NCBI GenBank assembly: GCA_963930055.1
Contig: CAWVKS010000008.1
Location: forward strand, 500,694-564,693
Reading direction: 5' to 3'
Length of the DNA stretch: 64,000 nt
Origin: an uncultured Bacillota bacterium
Lineage (GTDB): Bacteria; Bacillota; Clostridia; Christensenellales; Aristaeellaceae
This document shows positions 1-11,557 of the stretch, one piece after another. Made by a program: the position numbers and the translations under genes. Numbering within the stretch: position 1 is the first letter of the stretch; every line of letters begins with the position of its first letter. The notes below the pieces were generated by a model. The model searched no databases. It was given only the letters and a program-made list of their open reading frames with translations, and was not told the DNA's origin.

Positions 1-318
1 GCCGGCCTCTACGCCGAGGACGGCGCGCCCGCCAGTTACCACGCGCTTCTGGCCATGGACGATATGGGCATCGACATTTCCGGCCACATGGCGCGCCGCT
101 TCCGCCCGGAGATGGGGGAGGGGGCGTTGCTGCTCGCCATGACCCGCAGCCAGGCGCGCGTCCTGCGCTCCCTCTGCCCGGGCGCCAAAGTGGAGCTCTT
201 TTTGGGCGACGAGGAGGTGCCCGACCCCTTCGGGCAGGGCATGGAGGCCTACGAGCGCACGGCGCGCATACTGGAAGAGGGCGCGCGCGCCATCGCCCGC
301 CGGCTGCAAGGCGCGTGA
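1..318 (+). CDS. Low-molecular-weight protein-tyrosine phosphatase, 5'-truncated by window edge
   Basis: Open frame runs from base 1 with no stop. The C-terminal part (…LLLAMTRSQ…VPDPFGQGMEAYERTARIL…) resembles the LMW-PTP/ArsC-like fold C-terminus (Dx-P motif region). Confidence 0.55.
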   Translation, partial: AGLYAEDGAPASYHALLAMDDMGIDISGHMARRFRPEMGEGALLLAMTRSQARVLRSLCPGAKVELFLGDEEVPDPFGQGMEAYERTARILEEGARAIARRLQGA

Positions 319-326
319 GATAAAAA

Positions 327-366
327 ACGACGGACGTCCCGCAAAAGGGGCGTCCGCCGTTTTTTT
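327..366. terminator. Bidirectional rho-independent terminator between convergent genes
   Basis: GC hairpin gacggacgtccc…gggcgtccgccg flanked by an A-run upstream and TTTTTTT downstream. It sits between the + gene ending at 318 and the - gene ending at 371. Confidence 0.5.
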
Positions 367-370
367 GCCG

Positions 371-1099
371 TTACAGCGTAACGTCAGCGGTGAAGAACGT
401 TTCGCCCGTGTCGATGTCGTAGGCCCAGATGGTGAAGCGCAGGGATCGGGGCGCGGCCAGCGCCGCCGCCACCTCCGCGTCGCCCTCGGCCTCGAAGATG
501 ATATAGTCGACCACGCTCTCGCCCGCGTAGACGTCGTAAACGCCGTGGCCGAGCACGCTCAGGCCGTTGATCTCGGCCAGCACGATGTCCAGCGTCAAGT
601 CGCGGTCGCTGCCGTTTTCCACGGTGGCGTCGATGCGCAGGGTGCCGTCGCCGATCCGCACGGTGTCCTCATAGAGCGTCATGCGCACGCCGTTCTGATC
701 GACCACCACGGTGCCGTTTTCCAGCGTTACGCCGGCTTCCTCCATGACGCGGCGGTCCAGCTCGCGGGAAACGCGGTTGCCCAGCGCGTTGAGGTCGGCG
801 TCGCTCATGCCGGCCAGGTCCACCAGCCTGGGGTCAGTGACCGCGCCCGAGGGCTGCGCGGCCGCCTCCTGCGCGTCTTTGACGTCCTCCAGGCCGCCCA
901 AAAGGTTGTCGAGCATCTGCTGGGCGTCCTCCGCGCCCGGGGCATCTTCGGCGGGCGCTTCGGCTGCCGGCGCTTCCGTCGCCGCCGGCGCGTCCGCGCC
1001 CAGCGCGGGGCGGCGCTCCTTGAGGCCGAAGCCCTCCGCAAAGCCCGCGGCGCACAGCAGCGTCGCGGCGGCCAACACCAGGCAAAGCAATTTCTTCAT
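371..1099 (-). CDS. Secreted hypothetical protein with N-terminal signal peptide
   Basis: MKKLLCLVLAAATLLCAAGFA signal-peptide-like N-terminus, then an Ala/Pro/Glu-rich linker and a globular C-terminus. The overlapping + ORF at 365-1120 is rejected as antisense. Confidence 0.55.
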   Translation of the reverse strand: MKKLLCLVLAAATLLCAAGFAEGFGLKERRPALGADAPAATEAPAAEAPAEDAPGAEDAQQMLDNLLGGLEDVKDAQEAAAQPSGAVTDPRLVDLAGMSDADLNALGNRVSRELDRRVMEEAGVTLENGTVVVDQNGVRMTLYEDTVRIGDGTLRIDATVENGSDRDLTLDIVLAEINGLSVLGHGVYDVYAGESVVDYIIFEAEGDAEVAAALAAPRSLRFTIWAYDIDTGETFFTADVTL

Positions 1100-1403
1100 G
1101 GCAAACTTCCTCCCGGATAGATTCCGCCTTCATTATACCACGACGCCGCCCCGCAGACAAGGAGATCTTGCCATGCGCACGCCTTGACAATCGGGCGGAA
1201 ACGTGCTATAAAGTACACAGAAACAGAGAAAGGGATGAAAAGATGCGCAAGTAACTCGCGTAAAACCGGCAGGCCATGGGCGCGCAATGCGCCGCCTTGG
1301 CGTGCCTGTCTTTGCGGGAGGGCGCATCTTTTTTCACGCGAAGGGGTCTTCCTGCGCGTCTGCGCCGCTGCCCGCGGCCCTGGACGCGAAAGGGGGACTT
1401 TTT

Positions 1404-2897
1404 ATGTCCATCATCCGCATATACGATTTGACGTTTGCCTACGAGGGCGCGCCTGAACCGGTGTTCCGCGGCCTGACGCTGGAACTGGACGATACCTGGA
1501 AATTGGCGCTCACCGGCCGTAACGGCCGCGGCAAGACCACGCTTTTGAAGCTGCTTTCCGGCGAACTGGACGCGCGCGGGCGCATCCACACCGCCGCGCG
1601 CTTTGCCCGCTTTCCCTTTGCCGTGGAAGACGCGACACTGCCCGCGCGCGCGGCCATGGCCGCCGTCTGCGGCGCGGAAGAATGGCGCATAGAGCGCGAG
1701 GCGGGGCGCATTGGCCTTGACGAAGGCGCGCTCGACCGCCCGCTTGCCACACTCAGCGGCGGCGAGCGCATGAAGGCGCTGCTCTCGGCGTTGTTCCTCA
1801 TCGAGGGCTGCGTGCCCCTCATCGACGAGCCGACCAACCACCTGGACGCGGAGGGCCGCCGCGCCCTGGGGCGCTACCTTGCCGGCAAGCGCGGTTTCAT
1901 ACTCGCCTCGCACGACCGCGACCTGCTCGACGCCTGCTGCGACCACGTGCTGGCCTTGGAGGACGGCGGCGCGACGCTGTTGCGCGGCGGCTTTTCCGAC
2001 TATCTGCGCGAGCGCGAGCGCCGCGAGGCCATGGAGCGCGCCGAGGAAGAGCGCCTGCGCGGGGAGATCCGCCGCCTCGGCGAAGCCGCCCGCCGCGCCG
2101 GGGAGTGGGCGGGCCGGGCGGAAAAGGCCAAGCACCGCACCTCCGACAGCGACGGCCGCCCCGAGCGCGGCTATCAAGGGCACAAGGCGGCCAAACTGGT
2201 CAAGCGCGCCAAGGGCATCGAGCGCCGCCGCGAGGAGGCCGTCGAACAAAAGAGCCAGCTTTTGCGCCGCGTGGACGAGGCCGGCGAAGTGCGCCTGCGC
2301 CCCGCGCCCTACCATGCCGAGCGCCTCTGCGGTCTGGAAAACGCCTCCGTGCGCTTTGATGGCCGCGCGGCGTTGCGGGGCGTCGATCTGACCATTTTGC
2401 GCGGCGAGCGCGTGGCGCTGCTGGGCGGCAACGGCTGCGGCAAGACCACGGCGCTGCGGCTTTTGACGGGCGAAGTGGCGGCGGACGCGGGCCGCGTCTG
2501 GCGCGGCGGCGGCCTGCGCGTTTCCGTCGTCCCCCAGGACGCCTCCTTCCTGCGCGGCGATCTGCGCGCGTTGGCCCGGGAGCGCGGCGCGGATGTGACG
2601 CAGTTTTTCACCATACTGCGCAAGCTGGGCTTTTCCCGCGCCCATCTGGAAGCCGACGCCGCCGAACTCAGCGACGGGCAGAAGAAAAAGGCGCTGCTGG
2701 CCCTGAGCCTGTGCGAAAGCGCCCACCTCTACCTCTGGGACGAGCCGCTCAACTATATCGACGCCCTTTCCCGCGTGCAGATCGAGGGTCTCATCCTCCG
2801 CTGCCAGCCGACGCTTCTGTTCGTCGAGCACGACATGGCCTTCGTCCGCCGCGTGGCCACGCGCACGGTGCGCCTGGATGGGGCAGGGGAGAACTGA
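1404..2897 (+). CDS. ABC-F family ATPase (two tandem ABC ATP-binding cassettes, no TMD)
   Basis: Two Walker A motifs (GRNGRGKTT; GGNGCGKTT), two ABC signatures (LSGGERMK; LSDGQKKK) and an Arg/Glu-rich inter-domain linker typical of ABC-F. A GGGGGA RBS lies before ATG 1404. Confidence 0.8.
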   Translation: MSIIRIYDLTFAYEGAPEPVFRGLTLELDDTWKLALTGRNGRGKTTLLKLLSGELDARGRIHTAARFARFPFAVEDATLPARAAMAAVCGAEEWRIEREAGRIGLDEGALDRPLATLSGGERMKALLSALFLIEGCVPLIDEPTNHLDAEGRRALGRYLAGKRGFILASHDRDLLDACCDHVLALEDGGATLLRGGFSDYLRERERREAMERAEEERLRGEIRRLGEAARRAGEWAGRAEKAKHRTSDSDGRPERGYQGHKAAKLVKRAKGIERRREEAVEQKSQLLRRVDEAGEVRLRPAPYHAERLCGLENASVRFDGRAALRGVDLTILRGERVALLGGNGCGKTTALRLLTGEVAADAGRVWRGGGLRVSVVPQDASFLRGDLRALARERGADVTQFFTILRKLGFSRAHLEADAAELSDGQKKKALLALSLCESAHLYLWDEPLNYIDALSRVQIEGLILRCQPTLLFVEHDMAFVRRVATRTVRLDGAGEN

Positions 2898-2968
2898 ATA
2901 GCAACGCAAACAGCGGCTGCCCACAAAGAGCAGCCGCCATGGCGCGTTCCGCAGGGGCGCGCCCTGTT

Positions 2969-3382
2969 TTACCCTTCCGCCAGCGCCCTGCCCAGCGCCT
3001 CGCAGGCGGCGAGCGCCTCGCCGTCCGGCGTCTCCTGGCAGATGACGCATTCAGCCGCCAGCTCCGCCCCCAGCGAAAGGCACTCGGCCTCCCAGTTGCG
3101 CATCCACTCGCCGTCGCCCCATCCGTAGGAGCCGAACAGGGCGATCTTCTTGCCGGCAAGGCGGCTCTTACAGCCCTCGAACATCGGCTCGAACTCGCTT
3201 TCCTCCAGCTGCTCGGAACCCATGGAGGGGCAGCCGAAGCCGATGGCGTCGTAGGCGTCCATCTTCTCGCCGGAAAAGGCGTCCGCCGTGAACAGCTCCG
3301 CGCCCGCCGCGCTTGCCACGGCCTCGGCCATGGCCTGCGTGTTGCCCGTGCCGCTCCAGTATACCACCGCTACATTGTTCAT
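2969..3382 (-). CDS. Flavodoxin
   Basis: MNNVAVVYWSGTGNTQAMAEAV… is the classic short-chain flavodoxin FMN-binding N-terminus (T/SGTGNT). Length 137 aa. Confidence 0.85.
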   Translation of the reverse strand: MNNVAVVYWSGTGNTQAMAEAVASAAGAELFTADAFSGEKMDAYDAIGFGCPSMGSEQLEESEFEPMFEGCKSRLAGKKIALFGSYGWGDGEWMRNWEAECLSLGAELAAECVICQETPDGEALAACEALGRALAEG

Positions 3383-3401
3383 CTCTTTGATCCTTCCTTT
3401 C

Positions 3402-3961
3402 TTATGCCGTCCTTGCCGCCACCGTCAGGCGCGCGAGCGGACAGCCGGACTGAAAGAGGCGCGCGTACACCTCTTTGCATTTGCGAAAGCGCGCGAACGT
3501 GCGCGCGGCCCTGTCGGCGTCGGCATAGACCTTCCAGTCGCCGCACAGCAGGCAGTCGCGCCCGCCGTGGCGGATAAAGCCGAGCACGTCCTCCAGCGGA
3601 TAGCCGAGGAACACGCCCACCTCGTGGGGAAACCCTTCCTCCGCGCGCAGCCGACGGCGCAGCACGCGCAGCGCCGCCTCGCTGCCGAATTCCCCATAGC
3701 CGCAGCGCCGCAGAAAGGCGCGCGCCGCCTCCGCACCGAGGATGGCGGCCAGCTCGTCCGGGCGGTAGAGGTAAAACAGCGTCTTTCCCCCACAGCGCCG
3801 CAGCACCGTCAGCGCCACGCCCTTGGGCGCGAGCAGGCGGTTGAGCGCGCGCATCTCCCGCGCCGCCGCCCGCCCGTCCAGCCCGGCAAGGACGAACATG
3901 TTTCCCGGCTTCAGGCGCGCCAGCGTCGGCGCGCAGTGCTTTACCAGCGCGGTTTCCAGCA
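3402..3961 (-). CDS. DUF3793-family protein
   Basis: MLETALVKHCAPTLARLKPGNMF… with the conserved …FLGYPLEDVLGFI… block typical of DUF3793. The start is taken at the internal ATG 3961 rather than the long Arg-rich upstream extension. Confidence 0.55.
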
Positions 3962-4258
3962 TGACGGCTCCTTCCCCGTAGTTAGTTTTAACTAACTCAC
4001 ATGTCGAAAAAATGCCTTGTCCCATGGCGCGAGCCGGCCTGCGGATGCGGTAAAGCGCAGGCCAGTTTCGCGCGGCGGTGAGAACACAGCGCGGACAAAC
4101 GCCCGTCGGCCTCCCGCGCGCCGGCTTTCCCCGCATGGCGGGCGCACGTTTGTTAGGAAAAACTAACTGAGGCAACTCCATTGTAGCGGAACCGCGCGCC
4201 CATGTCAAGACGCGCGACGAATTTTTACGGTTTAGCGGGCGCGACAACGGGCCTTTCC

Positions 4259-5368
4259 TCACAACAGCGCCAGCACCACGGCGTTGTGTACCTCCATGCC
4301 CTTTTCCGTCAGATACACATGACCGTCCGAAACGTCCAGCAGCCCCGCCCGGCGCAGCTTATCCAAAATCTTTTCGCGTCCGCAGAGAAAGTCCTCGCCA
4401 AATTCGCGCCGCCAGTTTTCCAGCGACAGCCCTTCGCGCGTGCGCGTTGCGAGCATGATGGTCTCCTCGCGCGCCGCCGCGCCGTCCACGCGCTCGCGCT
4501 CCAATCCCCGCGCGCCGCGCAGGTAGCCTTCCAAATCGGAGGCGTTGCGGAAGCGCTCGCCGCCGAAAAACGAGTGCGCCGCGCAGCCAAAGCCCAGGTA
4601 TTCCCCCCGCCGCCAGTAGACGAGGTTGTGGCGGCAGGCAAAGCCGGCCCTGGCGTAGTTGGAAATTTCGTAGCGGTCAACCCCCGCCGCCGCCAGCACG
4701 CGCGTGCACCGCCGCTGCATGGCAAGCACCTCCTCCTCGCCCGGCAGCTCGTCCTCGCGCGCCGCCATGGGCGTGCCCTCCTCGACGATGAGGGCGTAGG
4801 CGGAAATGTGCTTGAGCGGCAGGGAGAGCGCCGTTTCCAGCGTCGCCTCCCACGCGCCCATCGTCTGCCCCGGCAGGCCGTACATCAGGTCGATGCCGAT
4901 GTTTGCAAACCCCGCCGCCTTCGCCATGCGCACGGCCTCCACGGCCTCCCCCGGCGTGTGGATGCGGCCGATGTCCCTGAGCAAGCGCGCATCGAAGCTC
5001 TGCACGCCGATGGACAGCCGGTTGACGCCCATTTCCCGGTAGGCGCGCAATTTCTCCATCGTCAGCGTGCCGGGATTGGCTTCCAGGGACACCTCCGCCC
5101 CCGGCGCGAGGGGAAATGCCTCCCGCACCGCCGCCAGCGCCGCGGCGATGCAGCGATCCGGCGGCAAGGAGGGCGTGCCGCCGCCGAAGAACACCGTCTC
5201 CACGCGGCGCGTATCGTCGCCCGCGGCGCGTATCTCCCCGCAAAGCGCGGCAAAATACGCCTCCCACATCGCCTCCTGTCCCGGGAAGGAAGCAAAGTCG
5301 CAGTAGGCGCACTTGGACTTGCAGAACGGTATGTGGATGTAGAGGGAAAGGGGCTTGCGAGCGCTCAT
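4259..5368 (-). CDS. hemW: Radical SAM heme chaperone HemW (HemN-like, oxygen-independent coproporphyrinogen oxidase family)
   Basis: N-terminal SLYIHIPFCKSKCAYCDFAS radical-SAM CxxxCxxC motif and HemN_C-like C-terminus. Conserved lepA-hemW neighbourhood of Firmicutes. Confidence 0.85.
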   Translation of the reverse strand: MSARKPLSLYIHIPFCKSKCAYCDFASFPGQEAMWEAYFAALCGEIRAAGDDTRRVETVFFGGGTPSLPPDRCIAAALAAVREAFPLAPGAEVSLEANPGTLTMEKLRAYREMGVNRLSIGVQSFDARLLRDIGRIHTPGEAVEAVRMAKAAGFANIGIDLMYGLPGQTMGAWEATLETALSLPLKHISAYALIVEEGTPMAAREDELPGEEEVLAMQRRCTRVLAAAGVDRYEISNYARAGFACRHNLVYWRRGEYLGFGCAAHSFFGGERFRNASDLEGYLRGARGLERERVDGAAAREETIMLATRTREGLSLENWRREFGEDFLCGREKILDKLRRAGLLDVSDGHVYLTEKGMEVHNAVVLALL

Positions 5369-5742
5369 GCGTCCAGCCGCTCCCACGTCCGGCCGGTCTT
5401 TTTTTGTATGAAATGCTCAATGGGGAACAGCTCCGGCTCGGGGATGACCTTTTTGCCGAGCGCGTGCGCCGCCGCGGGGGATCTGAACGGCGGATAGCGC
5501 CCCTCGCAAATGGCCGGCCGCGTTATGGCCGCATGGCGCGCGGCCTCCTCCCGGCCATCGGTGGAAGAGAGCGGCTCTTCCTCGCCGGCCCCGGGGCGGA
5601 CGCGCCCTTCTTCGACCTTGACCCCCTTCATGCGCTTGCCGGGCTGCGCATCCGAAAGGCGACGGGCGCTCGCGGGATCATGACAGACGGCGCAGGCCGT
5701 GCGCACGTCCCACGCCTCTTTGGCGGTGAACCTCGCCTCCAT
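5365..5742 (-). CDS. Hypothetical small protein with a CxxCH motif (uncertain)
   Basis: ORF sits between the lepA stop and the hemW start. Its stop overlaps the hemW ATG (ATGA coupling). Contains CAVCH. Gly/Arg-rich composition makes it possibly spurious. Confidence 0.25.
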   Translation of the reverse strand: MEARFTAKEAWDVRTACAVCHDPASARRLSDAQPGKRMKGVKVEEGRVRPGAGEEEPLSSTDGREEAARHAAITRPAICEGRYPPFRSPAAAHALGKKVIPEPELFPIEHFIQKKTGRTWERLDA

Positions 5743-5756
5743 GCCGCTCCCTCCCG

Positions 5757-7568
<1,812 letters not shown>

Positions 7569-7667
7569 CGTTCCTCCATCCAGAAAATGGCCTGTAGCCT
7601 CATCCTTATCATAGCGCATGCGCGGCCCAAAAGCAAGCGCGCCGGCGTAAAGCCGGCGCGACGCGTT

Positions 7668-8150
7668 TCAGCCGTCGATGGGCACCGACATGGTGCGCCG
7701 CATGCCTAATACGTAGTATTCCACTTCCAGCGTCCGCCCCGCGGCGGGGGAATCGGCGCTGGACAAAAACGAGAGCGTCAGCGTCGCCTGCGAGCGGGCG
7801 GGCACGTCCAGCTTGTCGGCGCTCTGCGACCAGACGGCCAGGTCGCCCCCGGCGGGCGAGACCTGGAACGTCAGCCATTCAGCGTCGAAAAACCCGCTGT
7901 TGCGGAAGGTCACGGTCGCTTCGGCCACCGTATAGCCGGCGGCGCTCTCGCCCTCCAGGGGCGCGAACACAGCGGGCGCGGCGCCCTCCTGCACGATCTC
8001 CATGGCGGCGGCGAAGCCCAGCGGGTCCTGCGTGGCCGGCAGGGCGATCACGCTGGCGTCCGCGCCCAGCGTCACGCCGGTGAGGAACACGGCGATCAGC
8101 GCGATGAGCAAAACTGCGATCACAGAAAGGGAGATGGTCAGGGCCTTCAT
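7668..8150 (-). CDS. Membrane-anchored hypothetical protein
   Basis: N-terminal hydrophobic signal-anchor MKALTISLSVIAVLLIALIAVFLTGV followed by a soluble domain. Lies downstream of a GC hairpin at about 7625-7660. Confidence 0.5.
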   Translation of the reverse strand: MKALTISLSVIAVLLIALIAVFLTGVTLGADASVIALPATQDPLGFAAAMEIVQEGAAPAVFAPLEGESAAGYTVAEATVTFRNSGFFDAEWLTFQVSPAGGDLAVWSQSADKLDVPARSQATLTLSFLSSADSPAAGRTLEVEYYVLGMRRTMSVPIDG

Positions 8151-8354
8151 GCAAACCGCTCCTTCTTTCGCGCCGCGCGCGGCGGCGCGGTACGCTCCTT
8201 CTATCTTACCATGCGCGGCGGCGTCTGTCCATATATTATGCGCTTTTTTTCACAATGAAGCCACGGAATGGCGATTGCGTTTCCGGGGAAAATGGTATAG
8301 AATAACCATTATATTCAACATGGGGACGAATGTCCCCGCGCGGGAGGGCCGTTT

Positions 8355-10937
8355 ATGGGAGAAAAGCTGGTGCTGCTGGACGGGTACAGCCTGCTGTACC
8401 GCGCCTTTCACGCCCTTTCCACGCCCATGACCGCGCCGGATGGCACGCCCACCAACGCCATCCATGGCTTTATGATGATGCTTTTGCGCGTGCTGGACGA
8501 GGAAGCGCCCACGGCGGCGGCGGTGGCCTTCGACGTGAGCAAACACACCTTCCGCACCGACCTGTACGACGGCTATAAGGCCAACCGCAAGCCCATGCCC
8601 GAGGAACTGCGCCAGCAGGATCCCGTCATCCGCGACCTGCTTGTGCGCATGGGGCTGCGCATCGTCGAATGCGAAGGCTTCGAGGCCGACGATATTTTAG
8701 GCACGCTTTCCCGCCAGTGCGAGGAGGCCGGCGTGGAGGCGCTGCTCGTCACCGGCGACCGCGATTCCTTCCAGCTCGCCGGCGAACAGACCACGATCCT
8801 GTACACCAGGCGCGGCATCGCCGAGACGCAGCGCGTTACCCCCGCGTGGGTGGAAGAGACCTATGGCGTCTCCCCCGCGCAGCTGATCGACGTCAAGGGG
8901 CTGATGGGCGATACTTCGGACAACATCCCCGGCGTGCCCGGCGTGGGCGAAAAGACCGCCCTGCGCCTCATCGCCCAGTACGGCGACCTCGAAGGCGCGC
9001 TCGCCGGCGCGGACAAGGGGGAGAAGGGCCGCCTGCGCGAACGCCTTTTGGAAAACGCCGATCTCGCGCGCCTGAGCCGCACGCTGGCCGCTATCCGCCG
9101 CGACGCGCCCGTTTCGCTCGATCTTGGCCACTGGCGGCTGGACGGCCTGAGCGGCGGCCTTGCCCGCCTGCGCGAACTGGGCATGAACCAGGCCGCGCGC
9201 CGCCTTGCGCAGCTGGCGAAGGCGGAAGCGCCTGCCCCCGCCCCCGTCCCGGACGCGGGGAACGCCGCGGGCGGCGATGTGGAGACGCCGGAAAACGCCG
9301 CCGCCCTCGCCGCGCGGATGCGAGAGCTGGCCGCGACGGCAAAGCGCGCCTGCATATATATTGGAACGGAATTTTCCGCCGCCACGGATTCGGCGCGCCT
9401 GCGCATGCCCCTGGGCGGCGACCTGATCGACCCCGGCATCAGCGAGGCGGAGGCGCTGGAAGCGTCGCGGCCGCTCATCGCCTGCGACGCGCCCAAGGCG
9501 TTTTACAACGTCAAGGCGCTGGGCGACATGCTGCCCGAGGCCGGCGCGGACGCCTTTGATACCATGCTCGCCGCCTACGTGCTCGACCCGCAGCGCCCCT
9601 CGTTTGCGCCGCAGGCCATTTGCGAGAGCGCCGGCGTGCCCTGGGACGCGGCCTGTCCCGCGGCCTCGCTGTGGCCGCTGCGCCTCTGGCAGGAGGAAAG
9701 GCTGGCGGCGGACGAACTGGCCGCCATCTACCGCGATATCGAGCGCCCGCTGGCGGACGTGCTCTACGAGATGGAGCGCGAGGGCTTCCTCATCGACGCG
9801 GACGTGCTCGGCCGCCTGGGCCGCGATTTCCGCGCCCGCATCGACGAACTGGAGGGGCAGATCCACGCGCTGGCGGGGGAGACGTTCAACATCAAGTCCC
9901 CCAAACAGCTCTCCGAGGTGCTGTTTGACAAGCTGGGGCTGCCCAGGCCGCGCAAGACCAACCGCGGCTTTGCCACTACCAGCGCCGAGGTGCTGGAATC
10001 CCTCGCCGGGGACTATCCCATCTGCGCGCTGATCCTCGAATACCGCAAGTATCAGAAGATGGACAGCACCTACGTGGGCGCGCTGATCAAGTTGCGCGAC
10101 GAAAACGGCCGCGTGCATTCCTCGTTTGACCAGACGGCCACGGCCACGGGGCGCATCTCCTCCAACGAGCCGAATTTGCAGAACATCCCCGTGCGCACGG
10201 ATGTGGGCCGCGAGATACGCGCCGCTTTCGTCGCCCGTCCCGGCTGGGTGCTGGTGGACGCGGACTATTCGCAGATCGAGCTGCGCGTGCTTGCCCACAT
10301 GTCCGGCGACGAGACCATGCGCTCCGCCTTCCTGGAGGGGCAGGACATACACAGCCGCACCGCCGCCGAGGTCTACGGCGTGCCGCTTGCCGAGGTCACG
10401 CCGCAGATGCGCTCCTCGGCCAAGGCGGTCAACTTCGGCATCGTCTACGGCATTTCCGATTACACATTGGCGCGGAACATCTCCGTCACCCGCGCCGAGG
10501 CGCGCGATTTCATGGACCGCTATTTCGCCCGCTATCCCGGCGTCAAGCGCTTCATGGACGAGGCCGTGCGCCTCGGCCACGAGCGCGGCTATGCCCGCAC
10601 GCTGCTGGGGCGGCGGCGCTACCTGCCGGAACTGAAAAGCGGCAACTACAACGTGCGCGCCTTTGGCGAGCGCTGCGCGATGAACAGCCCCATCCAGGGC
10701 ACGGCGGCGGACATCATCAAACTGGCGATGATCCGCGTCTTTGAGGCGCTGCGCGCGCAAAAGCTGCGCGCCCGCCTGATTCTGCAAGTACACGACGAAC
10801 TGATCGTCGAAGCCCCCGAGGACGAGGCCGGGCGCGTGCGCGCCCTGCTTCAGGAATGCATGGAGGGGGTCATGCGCCTGAGCGTGCCGCTCAGGACGGA
10901 TATTTCCGTGGGGAGGAATTGGCGTGAGTGTAAATAG
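8355..10937 (+). CDS. polA: DNA polymerase I
   Basis: 5'-3' exonuclease N-terminus (LLDGYSLLYRAFHAL), 3'-5' exo region, and polymerase motifs (…DYSQIELRVLAHMS…; …QVHDELIVE…). 860 aa. Confidence 0.95.
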   Translation: MGEKLVLLDGYSLLYRAFHALSTPMTAPDGTPTNAIHGFMMMLLRVLDEEAPTAAAVAFDVSKHTFRTDLYDGYKANRKPMPEELRQQDPVIRDLLVRMGLRIVECEGFEADDILGTLSRQCEEAGVEALLVTGDRDSFQLAGEQTTILYTRRGIAETQRVTPAWVEETYGVSPAQLIDVKGLMGDTSDNIPGVPGVGEKTALRLIAQYGDLEGALAGADKGEKGRLRERLLENADLARLSRTLAAIRRDAPVSLDLGHWRLDGLSGGLARLRELGMNQAARRLAQLAKAEAPAPAPVPDAGNAAGGDVETPENAAALAARMRELAATAKRACIYIGTEFSAATDSARLRMPLGGDLIDPGISEAEALEASRPLIACDAPKAFYNVKALGDMLPEAGADAFDTMLAAYVLDPQRPSFAPQAICESAGVPWDAACPAASLWPLRLWQEERLAADELAAIYRDIERPLADVLYEMEREGFLIDADVLGRLGRDFRARIDELEGQIHALAGETFNIKSPKQLSEVLFDKLGLPRPRKTNRGFATTSAEVLESLAGDYPICALILEYRKYQKMDSTYVGALIKLRDENGRVHSSFDQTATATGRISSNEPNLQNIPVRTDVGREIRAAFVARPGWVLVDADYSQIELRVLAHMSGDETMRSAFLEGQDIHSRTAAEVYGVPLAEVTPQMRSSAKAVNFGIVYGISDYTLARNISVTRAEARDFMDRYFARYPGVKRFMDEAVRLGHERGYARTLLGRRRYLPELKSGNYNVRAFGERCAMNSPIQGTAADIIKLAMIRVFEALRAQKLRARLILQVHDELIVEAPEDEAGRVRALLQECMEGVMRLSVPLRTDISVGRNWRECK

Positions 10938-11541
10938 ACCTTACATCATCGGCCTGACCGGCGGCATTGGCACGGGCAAGAGCGAAGCGGCGAGGTTCCT
11001 GGCCTCCCTGGGCGCGGTGCACCTGGACGCGGACGCCGTCTCGCACGAATTGACGCAGAGCGGCGGCGAGGCGCTGGAGCCCATCCGCGCCGAGTTTGGC
11101 GACGGCGTGTTCCGCGAGGACGGCACGCTCGACCGCCAGGCGCTGGCGGACATTACATTCTCCGACCCGGCGCGCAAGCGGGCGCTGGAAGCCATCCTCC
11201 ACCCGCGCATACAGCGCGACCTCATGCGCGGCATCGACCGCGCCGCCGAGGAGGGCGCGAAGGTGGTCATACTCGACGTGCCGCTTTTGTTCGAGACCGG
11301 CATGGACGCCCTCTGCGACGAGACCTGGGTGCTCTCCGCCGACCCGGAGACGCAGGTGGCGCGCGTGATGATGCGCGACCGCGTGGGCCGCGAGCAGGTC
11401 GAGGCGCGCATACAGAACCAGATGCCCGCCGAGGAGAAGGAAAAGCTGGCCACGCAGGTGATCCCCACCGAGCGGCCGATGGAAAAGACGCAGGCGGAAC
11501 TGGCCTCGCTGTACCAGCAGGTGCTCAAGCGGCTGGGCTGA
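10924..11541 (+). CDS. coaE: Dephospho-CoA kinase
   Basis: IIGLTGGIGTGKSEAARFL P-loop and the typical CoaE length of 205 aa. Overlaps the polA stop; conserved polA-coaE order. Confidence 0.9.
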   Translation: MSVNRPYIIGLTGGIGTGKSEAARFLASLGAVHLDADAVSHELTQSGGEALEPIRAEFGDGVFREDGTLDRQALADITFSDPARKRALEAILHPRIQRDLMRGIDRAAEEGAKVVILDVPLLFETGMDALCDETWVLSADPETQVARVMMRDRVGREQVEARIQNQMPAEEKEKLATQVIPTERPMEKTQAELASLYQQVLKRLG

Positions 11542-11557
11542 CGCCGGGGAGGACAGT

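Noticed and set aside
2897-2969. Hairpin gcggctgc…gcagccgc between the ABC-F and flavodoxin genes as a terminator.
   Set aside because: The stem is present but no U-tract exists on either strand, so it is not called.
7609-7878. ORFs 7609-7878 and 7879-8154 (minus strand) overlapping the membrane-anchored protein gene in other frames.
   Set aside because: They are alternative frames of the same region with Arg-rich, junk-like products. The 7668-8150 frame has a convincing signal anchor.
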